The notes beneath the pieces are model-generated. The model saw nothing but the letters and a program-made list of their open reading frames with translations, made no database searches and had not been told where the DNA came from. From positions 1 through 61,456 of the forward strand of contig JAGWOX010000001.1 of NCBI GenBank assembly GCA_028877145.1: a stretch of 61,456 bases of DNA, given 5' to 3'. The position numbers and the translations under genes were made by a program. Positions 39,921 to 49,203 of this stretch are shown here, piece by piece (within the stretch, counting starts at the first letter, position 1; every line of letters starts with the position of its first letter). Source of the DNA: Acidobacteriota bacterium. Lineage in GTDB: Bacteria > Acidobacteriota > Terriglobia > Acidiferrales > UBA7541.

Positions 39921-41630
39921 TCAGATCTCCCGCCGGGCATAGGTGCGTCCCCGCGCGTCCGTCACGTGCACCGCGCACGCCAGGCACGGATCGAACGAAT
40001 GGATCGTTCGCAGAACTTCGAGCGGGCGTTCCGGATCGGCGATCGGCGTTTTCAGTAGCGCGGTTTCGTAGGGGCCCCGTTGCCCCTTCCCGTCGCGCGG
40101 GCCGGCATTCCATGTCGATGGCACGACGATCTGGTAGTTCTTGATGAGCGTGTCCTCGATTTCCACCCAATGTCCCAGCGAGCCGCGCGGCGCCTCGAAC
40201 AACCCGTAGCCCTGCGCCGTGCGCGGCCAAGTATCCGGCTCCCACTTGTCGCCGTTGTGCATGCGGAGATCGCCGTGGCCCATGCTCTGCCGGAGTTCCT
40301 CGATCCATCCCACGATGTGGTTGGCCAGCAGTTGCGTTTCGAGAGCCCGCGCGGCGATGCGTCCGAGCGTAGAGAAGAGCGCCGTCGGCGGCGCGTTCAG
40401 TTTCGCCAGCACCCCGTCCACGATCGCCTTCACTTCCGGCTGCCCCGACGCGTAGGCCACCAGCGTCCGCGAGAGCGGCCCCACTTCCATCACGTGGTCG
40501 TCGTAGCGCGGCGCTTTCAGCCACGAATACTTTTCCTCGACATTCAAGAATTCGTACGGCGGCTTCGGGCCCGTGTACTTCGGGTGCGTCTCGCCCTTGG
40601 CGGGAGGCAGCGAGACGTTGTTTCCCTGCGGGTATTCGTACCAGGAATGCGTCACGTACTCGGCGACCTTGTTCGGATCGACCGGATACACTTTCGAGAG
40701 GTCGTTGTTCAGGATGAAGCCGCGCGGCAGGAAGTATCGCCCGACGTCCTGGATTCTGCCCTGCGGAAATGCGCCATAGCTCAGGTAGTTCCCCGGCCCC
40801 GCGCCCAGCGCAAACCAGTCGCGGTAGAAGCCCGCCACCGCCAGCACGTCCGGAATCAGCACCTGGTCGACAAATTTCTTCGCCGTTCCCGCCACCTCCG
40901 CGATGAAGTCGAGCCGTTCGGGATTGAGTGGCGCATCGGGCCAGTTCGGATCGATCGCGGTCGACATCCCTCCAACCAGGTAGCTCTGCAGGTGTGGATT
41001 CTTCCCGCCCAGCACCGCGTGAATGCGAATGAATTCCCGCTGGAACTCGAGCGCTTGCAGGTAATGCGCAACCGCCAGCAGGTCCGCTTCCGGCGGCAGA
41101 TGATACGCGGGGTGGCCCCAGTAGCCGCTGGTGAACAGGCTGAGCTGCCGGCTTTCGACGAGCGTCTTCACGCGGTCCTGCACGCCCTTGAAGTAGGCCG
41201 TGCTCGAAACCGGCCATTCGGAAATGGATTGCGCCAGTTGCGAGGTCTTCGCCGGATCGGCCTTCAGCGCGCCGGTGATGTCCACCCAGTCGAGCGCGTG
41301 CAGGTGGTAGAAGTGGATGATGTGGTCGTGGATGTACTGCGTGGCCGAGATGAGATTGCGCACCAGCCGCGCGTTGTTCGGCACTTCGATGTCCAACGCG
41401 TTCTCCACCGCTCGCACCGAAGCCAGCGCGTGCACCATCGTGCACACGGCGCAGATCCGTTGCGTCCACAGCCACGCCTCGCGCGGATCGCGCCCGCGAA
41501 CGATCAGCTCGATCCCGCGAAACATCGTCCCGGAGCTCCACGCGTCGCTGATCTTCCCCCCGTCGACCTGGGCTTCCACGCGAAGGTGACCTTCGATCCG
41601 GGTGATCGGATCCACGACCATGCGGGCCAT
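39921..41630 (-). CDS. [NiFe]-hydrogenase large subunit (group 1, membrane-bound uptake type)
   Basis: DPITRIEGHLRVEA, QRICAVCTMVHALAS (N-terminal Ni-ligand motif), EAPRGSLGHW, and HSFDPCLACAVH followed by a 14-aa cleavable tail. Confidence 0.95.
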   Translation of the reverse strand: MARMVVDPITRIEGHLRVEAQVDGGKISDAWSSGTMFRGIELIVRGRDPREAWLWTQRICAVCTMVHALASVRAVENALDIEVPNNARLVRNLISATQYIHDHIIHFYHLHALDWVDITGALKADPAKTSQLAQSISEWPVSSTAYFKGVQDRVKTLVESRQLSLFTSGYWGHPAYHLPPEADLLAVAHYLQALEFQREFIRIHAVLGGKNPHLQSYLVGGMSTAIDPNWPDAPLNPERLDFIAEVAGTAKKFVDQVLIPDVLAVAGFYRDWFALGAGPGNYLSYGAFPQGRIQDVGRYFLPRGFILNNDLSKVYPVDPNKVAEYVTHSWYEYPQGNNVSLPPAKGETHPKYTGPKPPYEFLNVEEKYSWLKAPRYDDHVMEVGPLSRTLVAYASGQPEVKAIVDGVLAKLNAPPTALFSTLGRIAARALETQLLANHIVGWIEELRQSMGHGDLRMHNGDKWEPDTWPRTAQGYGLFEAPRGSLGHWVEIEDTLIKNYQIVVPSTWNAGPRDGKGQRGPYETALLKTPIADPERPLEVLRTIHSFDPCLACAVHVTDARGRTYARREI

Positions 41631-41639
41631 GTGAACCTC

Positions 41640-42770
41640 CTACGCTTCCGGAGAAGCGGGTTTTGATCCTTCCTTCGAGCGGCCTTCCTTTTGGCTGTCC
41701 AGCTTGCTTACGTTGCCTCGGATGATGCTTCCCACTGCGTGCACCGCTGTCACTCCGGCCACCGCGCCCACCACGCCCCAACCGATATTCTCGGCCGTCA
41801 CGTCAACGCCGAATCCCGGCACCTTGGGCAGGCGCTTGTAGAAAGGCGAAGACCAATCCCAGAAACGGTGGGCGGCGCAGGCGATGCAACCGTGCCCCGC
41901 CTTCACCGGCCAGCTCGTCCCGTCATTCCACCGCACCGACGGGCAGTTGTACGTGGCCAGGGGCCCTTTGCAGCCCATCTTGTACAGGCACCATCCCTTG
42001 CGGCTTCCCTCATCACCCCACTCCTCGACGAAGCGCCCGGCGTCGTAATGCGCGCGCCGCTCGCACTGGTCGTGGATGATCGCCCCATAGGCAAACAGCG
42101 GCCGGTTGTACTGATCGAGCGCCGGCATTTCGTGGAACGTGAGGTAGTGAACGAGAACCGCGGCCGTATTGGCCACGTTGTGCGGGCAGCCGCCCAGATT
42201 CACCACCGGCACGCCCGGCACCGCCTCTTGCAATCCCAGCGCGCCGGTCGGATTCGGGTTCGCGCGAACCAGGCCGCCATCCCACGCGCAGGCGCCCACG
42301 GCAATGTTCGCCGCCGAGTTCGAGCACACCTCGCGCGCGATGTCCAGCGCCGTGCGGCCCGCGATCGTGCAGTAGACGCCGTCATCGGCCGTCGGAATAG
42401 CGCCCTCGACGATCGCGATGTACTTCCCTTTCTCTTCCTTTACCACGCGCTGCAGCGAGGCCTCGGCCTGCTTGCCCGCCCCGGCCATGATCGTCTCGTG
42501 GTATTCCCACGAAAGCAGATCCAGCACCACGTCCGCCACCGGCGGATGGCTCGAGCGCAGCATCGATTCCGTGTTGCCCGCGCAATCCTGAAATTCCAGC
42601 CACACCAGCACCGGCTTCTGTGGCTGCGAAAGCGCGGCCACCACCTTGTCGAGGTATCGCGTCGGCAACGCCAGCGTCGCCACCATCAAGCTGCAGAATT
42701 CCAGGAAATCACGGCGGGAAACGCCCTGGCGTTCCAGGGCGCTTGGCAGGTCTTGTTCGAACGGGGGCAT
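41640..42770 (-). CDS. [NiFe]-hydrogenase small subunit with Tat signal and C-terminal membrane anchor
   Basis: Tat motif SRRDFLEF. WLEFQDCAGNTES, GACAWDGG, GGCPHN, IIHDQCERR, GWCLYKMGCKGP, YNCPSVRWN, GHGCIACA. C-terminal TM helix IGWGVVGAVAGVTAVHAVG. GGGAGG upstream. Confidence 0.94.
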   Translation of the reverse strand: MPPFEQDLPSALERQGVSRRDFLEFCSLMVATLALPTRYLDKVVAALSQPQKPVLVWLEFQDCAGNTESMLRSSHPPVADVVLDLLSWEYHETIMAGAGKQAEASLQRVVKEEKGKYIAIVEGAIPTADDGVYCTIAGRTALDIAREVCSNSAANIAVGACAWDGGLVRANPNPTGALGLQEAVPGVPVVNLGGCPHNVANTAAVLVHYLTFHEMPALDQYNRPLFAYGAIIHDQCERRAHYDAGRFVEEWGDEGSRKGWCLYKMGCKGPLATYNCPSVRWNDGTSWPVKAGHGCIACAAHRFWDWSSPFYKRLPKVPGFGVDVTAENIGWGVVGAVAGVTAVHAVGSIIRGNVSKLDSQKEGRSKEGSKPASPEA

Positions 42771-43449
42771 GTCTTACCTCCCGAAAGACGCTGATTGCGA
42801 AGCTCCGAGTAGCAACGGCACCAAAATCGGCGGGCAAATCCGTTGGCGACTCCCTGACTTCGTCGCCATGGGAACATCCTGGGAAGAGAAGGGCAACCTG
42901 CGTGTCCAGTCCAATCGACGTCTTGCTGCGGGCCGATACTGCGTTTTCCCGTGAACGTGAACAAGCGCCCGCATTATGTCTAGGCTGCGAGAGCACGTCC
43001 CGTTCCATGTGTTTCTTTTTTGAATTTTTCTAACTGACAGTAAGACTGGGGCTTATCGTCCCGCTGCCTCTGGCGATCCCGCTCGCGAAAACCCTGGTCG
43101 GGTGATTTCACCGCGGAGTGCGTCGATTCGCGCATTCCCGGCAGATGTTTTGCGCCGGATAACGCAAATTTCCGCAACGAAGTGATTGATCCGGTTCTGG
43201 CCCGAAGACTTGGCGACCATTGCGGTCCGCATTTTTCTCGAATGTCCCCACGGTCTCCACGGAGTCGGAAGATTCTCCCGCGGCCAACGCGCACCGCTGC
43301 CGCCAACCGCCGAACTTTGGCTCTCAATCAGCTCATCGAGAGTGCTGGGAGTCGTCCTGCGAGTAGAGCCGTTCCCCGGCCATCCCGGCGATCACGGCGC
43401 CGCGCTGATCGCAGGTCATGCGTCGCCAAGCGCGACGTCCGGACTGGTG

Positions 43450-44304
43450 CTACGCGCTCTCCCGCGGCAGCACCAGCACAGAACACGGTCCGTGCCGCAT
43501 GACGCGCTCGGTCGTCGTGCCAATCGTCGTCATCTCGAGCAGCGGCCGGTGCTCGGCCGCGAGAACGATCAGGTCCACCGGATGCTCGCGCGCGTAAAGA
43601 ATGATTTGCTCGGCCGCGTTTCCGTGACGCACGATTTCTGTCACCTGACACTGACTCCGCGCCTCGCTCGGCACCCACTGGCACAATCTCTCGTGCATCT
43701 CCTCCGCCCGCGTCCCGGGCTCCTCGGCCGCGTGCAGCACGTCGAGGGACGCATGAAATGCCGAGGCCAGCACCGTCGAAGTCTCGAGGCACCGCCGCCC
43801 CGCTTCCGTGAAACTCACCGGGCACAGAATTCTCTTCACTCCGGCTGGCGCCTCATCACCTCCACGCGCGATAAGCGCCGGCACCGGCGATTCCCTCACG
43901 ATATTTTCCGCCACCGAACCCATCATCAGCCGCGCCACGCCGCTGCGCCCGTGGCTCCCGAGAACCAGGAGGTCTGGCCGGTGCGCCTTCATGTGCTCTT
44001 GCAGTATCGGTATCGGGTGCCCCTCCACCACATTCACCACCAGCTCCGCCTGCGCCCCGAACATCCCCCGTGCCATCCCCGCCAATTCTTCGAGCAATTT
44101 CGTTTTCCGTTTTTCCATCTCCGCGGTGAGGATCTGGATCTGCGCCGGCGTGAAATACCGCGGCGGCTCCGTCCAGTCCGAATGCAGCACGTCCACCCGC
44201 GCGCCGAACGCCCGCGCAAAGAGCCGCGCCCAACCCAGCACCAGCCGCGAGCTCGGCCCCAGATCGACCGCGCAAAGAATCTCTTTCGGTACAAACGCTT
44301 TCAT
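43450..44304 (-). CDS. Universal stress protein (tandem UspA domains)
   Basis: Internal ATG 44304 after GGGAG. ILCAVDLGPSS...LLVLGSHGRSGVARLMMGSVAENIVRESPVPALI, then a second domain ...LIVLAAEHRPLLEMTTIGTTTERVMRHGPCSVLVLP. Confidence 0.8.
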   Translation of the reverse strand: MKAFVPKEILCAVDLGPSSRLVLGWARLFARAFGARVDVLHSDWTEPPRYFTPAQIQILTAEMEKRKTKLLEELAGMARGMFGAQAELVVNVVEGHPIPILQEHMKAHRPDLLVLGSHGRSGVARLMMGSVAENIVRESPVPALIARGGDEAPAGVKRILCPVSFTEAGRRCLETSTVLASAFHASLDVLHAAEEPGTRAEEMHERLCQWVPSEARSQCQVTEIVRHGNAAEQIILYAREHPVDLIVLAAEHRPLLEMTTIGTTTERVMRHGPCSVLVLPRESA

Positions 44305-44352
44305 CGCGTCTCCCTTCTCACCACCCACGCCCAAGCCGAATGCGCCCCCCCA

Positions 44353-44377
44353 GTAGCACAGGCTTTCAGCCTGTGCT
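44353..44377 (+). repeat. GTAGC-hairpin repeat, copy 3 (perfect 10-bp stem)
   Basis: GTAGCACAGGCTttcAGCCTGTGCT. Confidence 0.55.
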
Positions 44378-44487
44378 CTTTTGCCCCCGCGGAAACCGAA
44401 GGCGCCGCAGGCCAGGCACGCCGCCAAGGCCGAGCCCCGCATGCTTCAAGGCACGGCCTCTTGCCCTGATGAAAAACTACTTCCGGC

Positions 44488-44575
44488 TGTCATTCCGAGC
44501 GAAGCGAGGAATCTGCTTTTGGGAAACGCATGAAAACAGCAGTTTCCTGGTCGCCTTCGGCTCCTCGGAATGACG
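44488..44575. repeat. 88-nt palindromic element: two inverted copies of the GTCATTCCGAG... repeat
   Basis: The left arm is TGTCATTCCGAGCGAAGCGAGGAATCTGCTTTTGG. The reverse complement of the right arm is GCGTCATTCCGAGGAGCCGAAGGCGACCAGGAAACTGCTGTTTTC. The 11-nt termini are exact inverted repeats (44489..44499 and 44564..44574). Confidence 0.6.
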
Positions 44576-44600
44576 CAGGGCGAGCGTTTCCGCAACTGCT

Positions 44601-44819
44601 TCACCCGTGGATCGGCGAGCCGAGCGTCTTGCTCTGTCCCACGCCCAGCTTCCGCAGGAACCACATCATCGGGCACCAGTTCGTGAACGAAGACTGGAAC
44701 AGATTGGCTCCCACAAAAGCGGTGAACCAATACCAGTTGGGATTCACCCACGTGCCCAGCGCCAAAGTCGCCAGCACGATTAATCCTGCTATGCCTCTCA
44801 ACATCCGTTCGATCGTCAT
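44601..44819 (-). CDS. DUF2892 (YgaP-like) small membrane protein
   Basis: 72 aa: [15 protein letters not shown]...[29 protein letters not shown]. The start overlaps the RND gene stop. Confidence 0.65.
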   Translation of the reverse strand: MTIERMLRGIAGLIVLATLALGTWVNPNWYWFTAFVGANLFQSSFTNWCPMMWFLRKLGVGQSKTLGSPIHG

Positions 44820-47800
44820 GCTCTTGCCTCCTGCTTCTGGATCCGCCGCTTTTGCGTCACGTAATAAAGCAGCGGCACCGCCAAAAATGACAGCAGGGTC
44901 GAGGTGATTCCGCCCGCCATCAGCGAAATCGCCAGCCCCTGGAAAATCGGGTCGAGAAGGATCGGGCTCGCGCCCACCACAACCGCCAGCGCCGTCAGCA
45001 GCACCGGCCGGAATCGCACCGCCCCGGCGTCGATCACCGCTTCTTCGAGCGGTATTCCCTGCGCCAGCCGCAGCTCGATGAAGTCCACCAAAATGATCGA
45101 GTTCCTCACGATGATCCCCGCGCCCGCAATGAACCCGATCATCGAAGTCGCCGTGAAAAACGCCCCGGCCAGCGCGTGGGCCGGCAAAATCCCGACAAGC
45201 GTCAGTGGAATCGGAGCCATGATTACCAGCGGCACGCTATAGGAATCGAACCAGCCCACCACCAGCAGGTAGATCAGCACGAGTACCGCCGCGAACGCCA
45301 CGCCCAGATCGCGAAACACCTCATACGTGATGTACCATTCTCCGTCCCAGGTCACCCCCAGCTTGTTCGTCGATGGCGGCGGCCCGGTGAAGTACTGCTG
45401 CACCTGGTATCCCTCGGGAATGTTCAGCGCGGCGATCTTCTGCTTCATCTTCAGAATGGCGTAGACGGGGCTCTCCTCGCCGCCCGCCACGTCTCCGATC
45501 ACGTAGACCACCGACCGCAGGTTCTTCCGGTAGATGTCCTTGTCCACCTGCTCGGGCTCGACTCGCACCAGCGACCCGAGCGGCACCATCTGTCCGCCCG
45601 CGCCGTTCAAGAACAACCCGCGCAGCGCATCCTCGCCCGACCGGGTTTCCCGCGACAACTGGATGTGGATCGGCACATCCTCGCGGCTGCTTGGTGAGTG
45701 CATCAGTCCCACGTCCTCGCCGCCCAGCGCGATTGCCGTCGAATTCGTGATGTCGCCCGCCGAAATCCCCAGGAGCGCCGCCTTGTCCTGCTGCACCTTG
45801 AAGTCGAGCTTCTTCTGGTCGTCATTCACCAGCCAGTCGACGTCCACCACGCCCGGCGTTTCCTGAAAAATCCCGCGAATCTGCCGCGCCAGCGCAATCT
45901 GCTGCTGGTAATCGGGCCCGTAAACTTCGGCCACGAGCGTCGAAAGCACCGGCGGACCCGGCGGCACCTCGGCGATCTTTACCCGCGCGCCCCACGGTTT
46001 CGCGATCTGGTCGATCGGACCGCGAATCCCGAGCGCCACCTGATGGCTCTGCTCGCTGCGATCGGCCGCCGGCACCAGATTCACCTGTATGTCGCCCTGA
46101 TACGGCATCCGCCGCAGGTAGTAATGGCGAACCAGCCCGTTGAAGTTGTACGGACTCGACGTGCCGGCGTAGATCTGGTAGTTCGCGACGAGCGGTTGTT
46201 TCGCCAGGTACTCGCCAATCGCCTGTTCGGCTGCGAGCGTTCGTTCGAGCGGCGTACCCGCCGGCATGTCCACCACCACCTGCATTTCGCTCTTGTTGTC
46301 GAACGGCAGCATCTTCACCAGCACCATCTTCAACGGCACCAGCGCGCAGGCCGCCAGCAGCAGCACCACCACGCCGCCAAAGAAAATCCAGCGCCGCGCC
46401 GCGCTTTCGACCAGCGGAGTGATCACCCGCCGGTACAGCCGCCGCGTCCACGTCTGGCTCTCGTCGATATGCTCGGCTTCCTTCTTCTCTTCACCGCGCA
46501 GCAGGCGCAGCGCCGCCCACGGCGAAACGACGAACGCCACCACCAGCGAAAACAGCATCGCCGCCGACGCGCCCACCGGAATCGGCCTCATGTACGGCCC
46601 CATCAGTCCGCTCACGAACGCCATCGGCAAAATCGCCGCGATCACCGCGAACGTCGCCAGAATCGTCGGGTTGCCCACCTCGTCGACCGCCTCGACTGCC
46701 ACCTCGCTCCACGGCCGGCCCTTGTTCTGCGGCAGCCGGAAATGCCTCACGATGTTTTCGACGACGACGATCGCGTCGTCGACCAATATGCCGATCGAGA
46801 AAATCAGCGCGAAGAGCGTCACCCGGTTCAGCGTGTATCCGTGGAAGTAGAAAATGAACAGCGTCAGCGCCAGCGTTACCGGCACCGCCACCAGCACCAC
46901 GCCCGATTCCCGCCAGCCCAGCGCCAGCGCCACCAGCAGCGTCACGGAAAGTGTCGCCAGCAGCAGGTGCTTCAGCAGGTCGTTCGATTTGTCTTTCGCC
47001 GTCTCGCCGTAGTCCCGCGTCACCGTAACCCGCACGTTGTCCGGAATCGCAACGCCGCGCAGCGAATCCACTTTCTGGATTACCGCCTGCGCCACCACCG
47101 AAGCGTTCGTGCTCTGCCGCTTCGCCACTGCCAGCGTCACCGCCGGATACTCGCCTCCGCTCGCCTTCTTCTCCGCCCCGCCATAGCCGAAGAAAACGTA
47201 ATTGCTGTGCTCGCCCGGCCCGTCCACAACGTCCGCCACGTCGCCCAGATAGACGGGCTTCCCGTTGAAGACGCCCACCACCATGTTCCGCGCGTCGCTC
47301 GCGTCCCCGATGAACCGGCCCGTTTCCACCACGAACTCCTGATTCTCCTGCGCGAACGAGCCCGAAATGCTCCGCTGGTTCGACAACTGGAACGCCTGCG
47401 CGATCGCGCCCGGGCTCAGGTGGTAAGCCGCGAGCCGCTGCGGATTCAGCGTCACGCGCAATTCCCGCTGCGTGCCGCCGATGATTGTCGTCTCGGAAAC
47501 GTTGTCCACCTGCTTCACCGCGACGTTCGCCTCTTCGACGATCTGCCGCAACTGGTAGCTGCTGTATCCCTGGCCCCAGAACGTCAGCGCCAGAATCGGC
47601 ACGTTGTAGATCGACCGCACCTTGATCAGCGGCGGCGAAGCGCCCGGCGGTATGTGGTCGAAATTCGAGTACAGCTTGTTGTAGGTGCGCACCACCGCGT
47701 CGTTCTCCGACACGCCCACGTAATACCGCACCGTCACCAGCGCCTGGCCCGGCATGCTCGTCGAATAGACGTATTCGACCCCGGGGATTTCCTTCAGCAG

Positions 47801-48022
47801 CTTCTCCATCGGGATCGCCACGCGCTGCTCGACTTCCTGCGCCGAGGACCCGCGCATCGAAACGAAAATGTCGAGCATCGGCACCACGATCTGCGGGTCC
47901 TCTTCCCGCGGCGTTTTCATGACCGCGAAAGCCCCCAGCAGCAGCGAGGCGACGATGACCAGCGGCGTCAGCCGCGAATTGATGAACGCCCGTGCAATCT
48001 TTCCCGCCAGTCCGCTTTTCAA
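44816..48022 (-). CDS. Efflux RND transporter permease (AcrB/HAE-type)
   Basis: 1068 aa with 12-TM RND architecture. [39 protein letters not shown] start overlaps the MFP stop. Confidence 0.92.
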   Translation of the reverse strand: MKSGLAGKIARAFINSRLTPLVIVASLLLGAFAVMKTPREEDPQIVVPMLDIFVSMRGSSAQEVEQRVAIPMEKLLKEIPGVEYVYSTSMPGQALVTVRYYVGVSENDAVVRTYNKLYSNFDHIPPGASPPLIKVRSIYNVPILALTFWGQGYSSYQLRQIVEEANVAVKQVDNVSETTIIGGTQRELRVTLNPQRLAAYHLSPGAIAQAFQLSNQRSISGSFAQENQEFVVETGRFIGDASDARNMVVGVFNGKPVYLGDVADVVDGPGEHSNYVFFGYGGAEKKASGGEYPAVTLAVAKRQSTNASVVAQAVIQKVDSLRGVAIPDNVRVTVTRDYGETAKDKSNDLLKHLLLATLSVTLLVALALGWRESGVVLVAVPVTLALTLFIFYFHGYTLNRVTLFALIFSIGILVDDAIVVVENIVRHFRLPQNKGRPWSEVAVEAVDEVGNPTILATFAVIAAILPMAFVSGLMGPYMRPIPVGASAAMLFSLVVAFVVSPWAALRLLRGEEKKEAEHIDESQTWTRRLYRRVITPLVESAARRWIFFGGVVVLLLAACALVPLKMVLVKMLPFDNKSEMQVVVDMPAGTPLERTLAAEQAIGEYLAKQPLVANYQIYAGTSSPYNFNGLVRHYYLRRMPYQGDIQVNLVPAADRSEQSHQVALGIRGPIDQIAKPWGARVKIAEVPPGPPVLSTLVAEVYGPDYQQQIALARQIRGIFQETPGVVDVDWLVNDDQKKLDFKVQQDKAALLGISAGDITNSTAIALGGEDVGLMHSPSSREDVPIHIQLSRETRSGEDALRGLFLNGAGGQMVPLGSLVRVEPEQVDKDIYRKNLRSVVYVIGDVAGGEESPVYAILKMKQKIAALNIPEGYQVQQYFTGPPPSTNKLGVTWDGEWYITYEVFRDLGVAFAAVLVLIYLLVVGWFDSYSVPLVIMAPIPLTLVGILPAHALAGAFFTATSMIGFIAGAGIIVRNSIILVDFIELRLAQGIPLEEAVIDAGAVRFRPVLLTALAVVVGASPILLDPIFQGLAISLMAGGITSTLLSFLAVPLLYYVTQKRRIQKQEARA

Positions 48023-49203
48023 CGCCCTGCCTCCGCCTTCTTGCCGTCCAGATCACGCGAGCCGGGATTCGTCACCACCCGGTCGCCCGATCCCAATCCG
48101 GAAAGCACGATGCGGCCGGTTTCCGTCTTCGCCCCGAGCGTCACCAGGCGCAAATGGATGATCCCCGCCGCGTCCACCACGTAGAGTCCACGCAACTGCC
48201 CGCGATCGAGAATCGCCGCCTCCGGTGCCACGATCGCCTGCCGCTCGCCCTGCCGGAACCACGCCCGCCCGAACAACCCAGAGCGCAACGCCGGATCGGC
48301 CGGCAAATCGATCTTTACTTGCACCGTGTGCGAAGCCGGATTCGCGCCCGGCTCGATCTCCGCCACTCTTCCCGCGAACTTCTTTCCCGGAAACGCGTCG
48401 AGTTCCACCGGCACCGCCGTCCCCACGCGGATCCCGCTCATGTTCTCGGCGTCCACCGTCGCTTCGAGCCTGTATCGCGACGTCTCCTCCACCGACAACA
48501 GCGGCGTGCCCGGCGTCGCCATCGCTCCCGGATCGACGAAGCGCTGCAGCACCACGCCGTCGAATGGCGCCACGATGCGCGTGTAACTCGTTACCGTCGA
48601 CGCCGCGCTCACCTCGTCCTTCGCCTGCTGCAAAGCCGCCGCCGCCTGCTGCTGCCGCGCGTGCGCCGCCGCCAGCATCGCCTGCGCCGCCTGTTGCTTC
48701 GCCTCGACTTCGTCGAATTCCTGCGGGCTCACCGATTTCTGGTCGCGCAAATAGACGTAGCGCTTGTACGTCTTCTCGGCGACGCTCGCCTGCGCCTCGG
48801 CCGCCGCCGCGCCGCGCCGCGCTTCCTGTTGCGCCGCCTCCGCCTGCGCGAGACCCGCTTCCGCCGCCGAGCGCCGCGCCGCGAATTCGCGGTCGTCGAG
48901 CACGATGAGCACCTGTCCTTGGTGAATCCGGTCGCCCTCGTGCACCGTCACCTGGTCCACCGTGCTCATCACCCGCGCCGCCACCTGCGCCGTCCGAATC
49001 GACGCCACCGTTCCCGGCGCCGCCACTTCATTCGGGATCGTCGCGAGTTCCACCGTCTGCGTCTCGACGCCGCTCACCGTTTCCGGCGCCGCCTGCTTCG
49101 GCGCCGGCGCTCCGCCGCATCCCCAAAGACCAACGAGAATTGGCGCGGCCAGCGCCAGCTTCCAGCCCGAAATTGCCTTTTTCATTTGCATCGTCCGTTT
49201 CAT
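48019..49203 (-). CDS. Efflux RND periplasmic adaptor (membrane fusion protein)
   Basis: Internal start [31 protein letters not shown] contains a lipobox. A coiled-coil Ala/Gln hairpin and beta-barrel region follow. ATG 49203 overlaps the TolC stop. Confidence 0.85.
   Translation of the reverse strand: MKRTMQMKKAISGWKLALAAPILVGLWGCGGAPAPKQAAPETVSGVETQTVELATIPNEVAAPGTVASIRTAQVAARVMSTVDQVTVHEGDRIHQGQVLIVLDDREFAARRSAAEAGLAQAEAAQQEARRGAAAAEAQASVAEKTYKRYVYLRDQKSVSPQEFDEVEAKQQAAQAMLAAAHARQQQAAAALQQAKDEVSAASTVTSYTRIVAPFDGVVLQRFVDPGAMATPGTPLLSVEETSRYRLEATVDAENMSGIRVGTAVPVELDAFPGKKFAGRVAEIEPGANPASHTVQVKIDLPADPALRSGLFGRAWFRQGERQAIVAPEAAILDRGQLRGLYVVDAAGIIHLRLVTLGAKTETGRIVLSGLGSGDRVVTNPGSRDLDGKKAEAGR

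Noticed and set aside
39901-41781. 626-aa out-of-frame minus ORF and 528-aa plus ORF (40080..41666) over the hydrogenase large subunit
   Set aside because: The in-frame 569-aa product carries all [NiFe] large-subunit motifs. The alternatives are GC-bias artefacts.
42771-42830. TTGGTGCCGTTGCTACT upstream of the hydrogenase small subunit, which looks like a sigma-54 promoter
   Set aside because: The GG and GC dinucleotides are not at the required GG-N10-GC spacing of TGGCAC-N5-TTGCW, so I do not call a sigma-54 promoter.
43182-43502. 106-aa plus ORF and 115-aa minus ORF (42980..43327) in the hydrogenase upstream region
   Set aside because: Arg/Pro/Ser-rich with no Shine-Dalgarno, and partly antisense to the usp gene. 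I treat the region as regulatory rather than coding.
44340-44573. 77-aa ORF MRPPSSTGFQPVLFCPRGN...SFRAKRGICF...
   Set aside because: It is assembled entirely from translated repeat elements (the GTAGC hairpin and the GTCATTCCGAG doublet). Such peptides are typical repeat-derived false ORFs.
45698-48184. 828-aa plus-strand ORF inside the RND gene. The same applies to 46491..48056 and 45822..46451 on the minus strand, out of frame.
   Set aside because: These overlap a complete 12-TM RND permease. The composition is dominated by Arg, His and Gln, and no independent signals are present.
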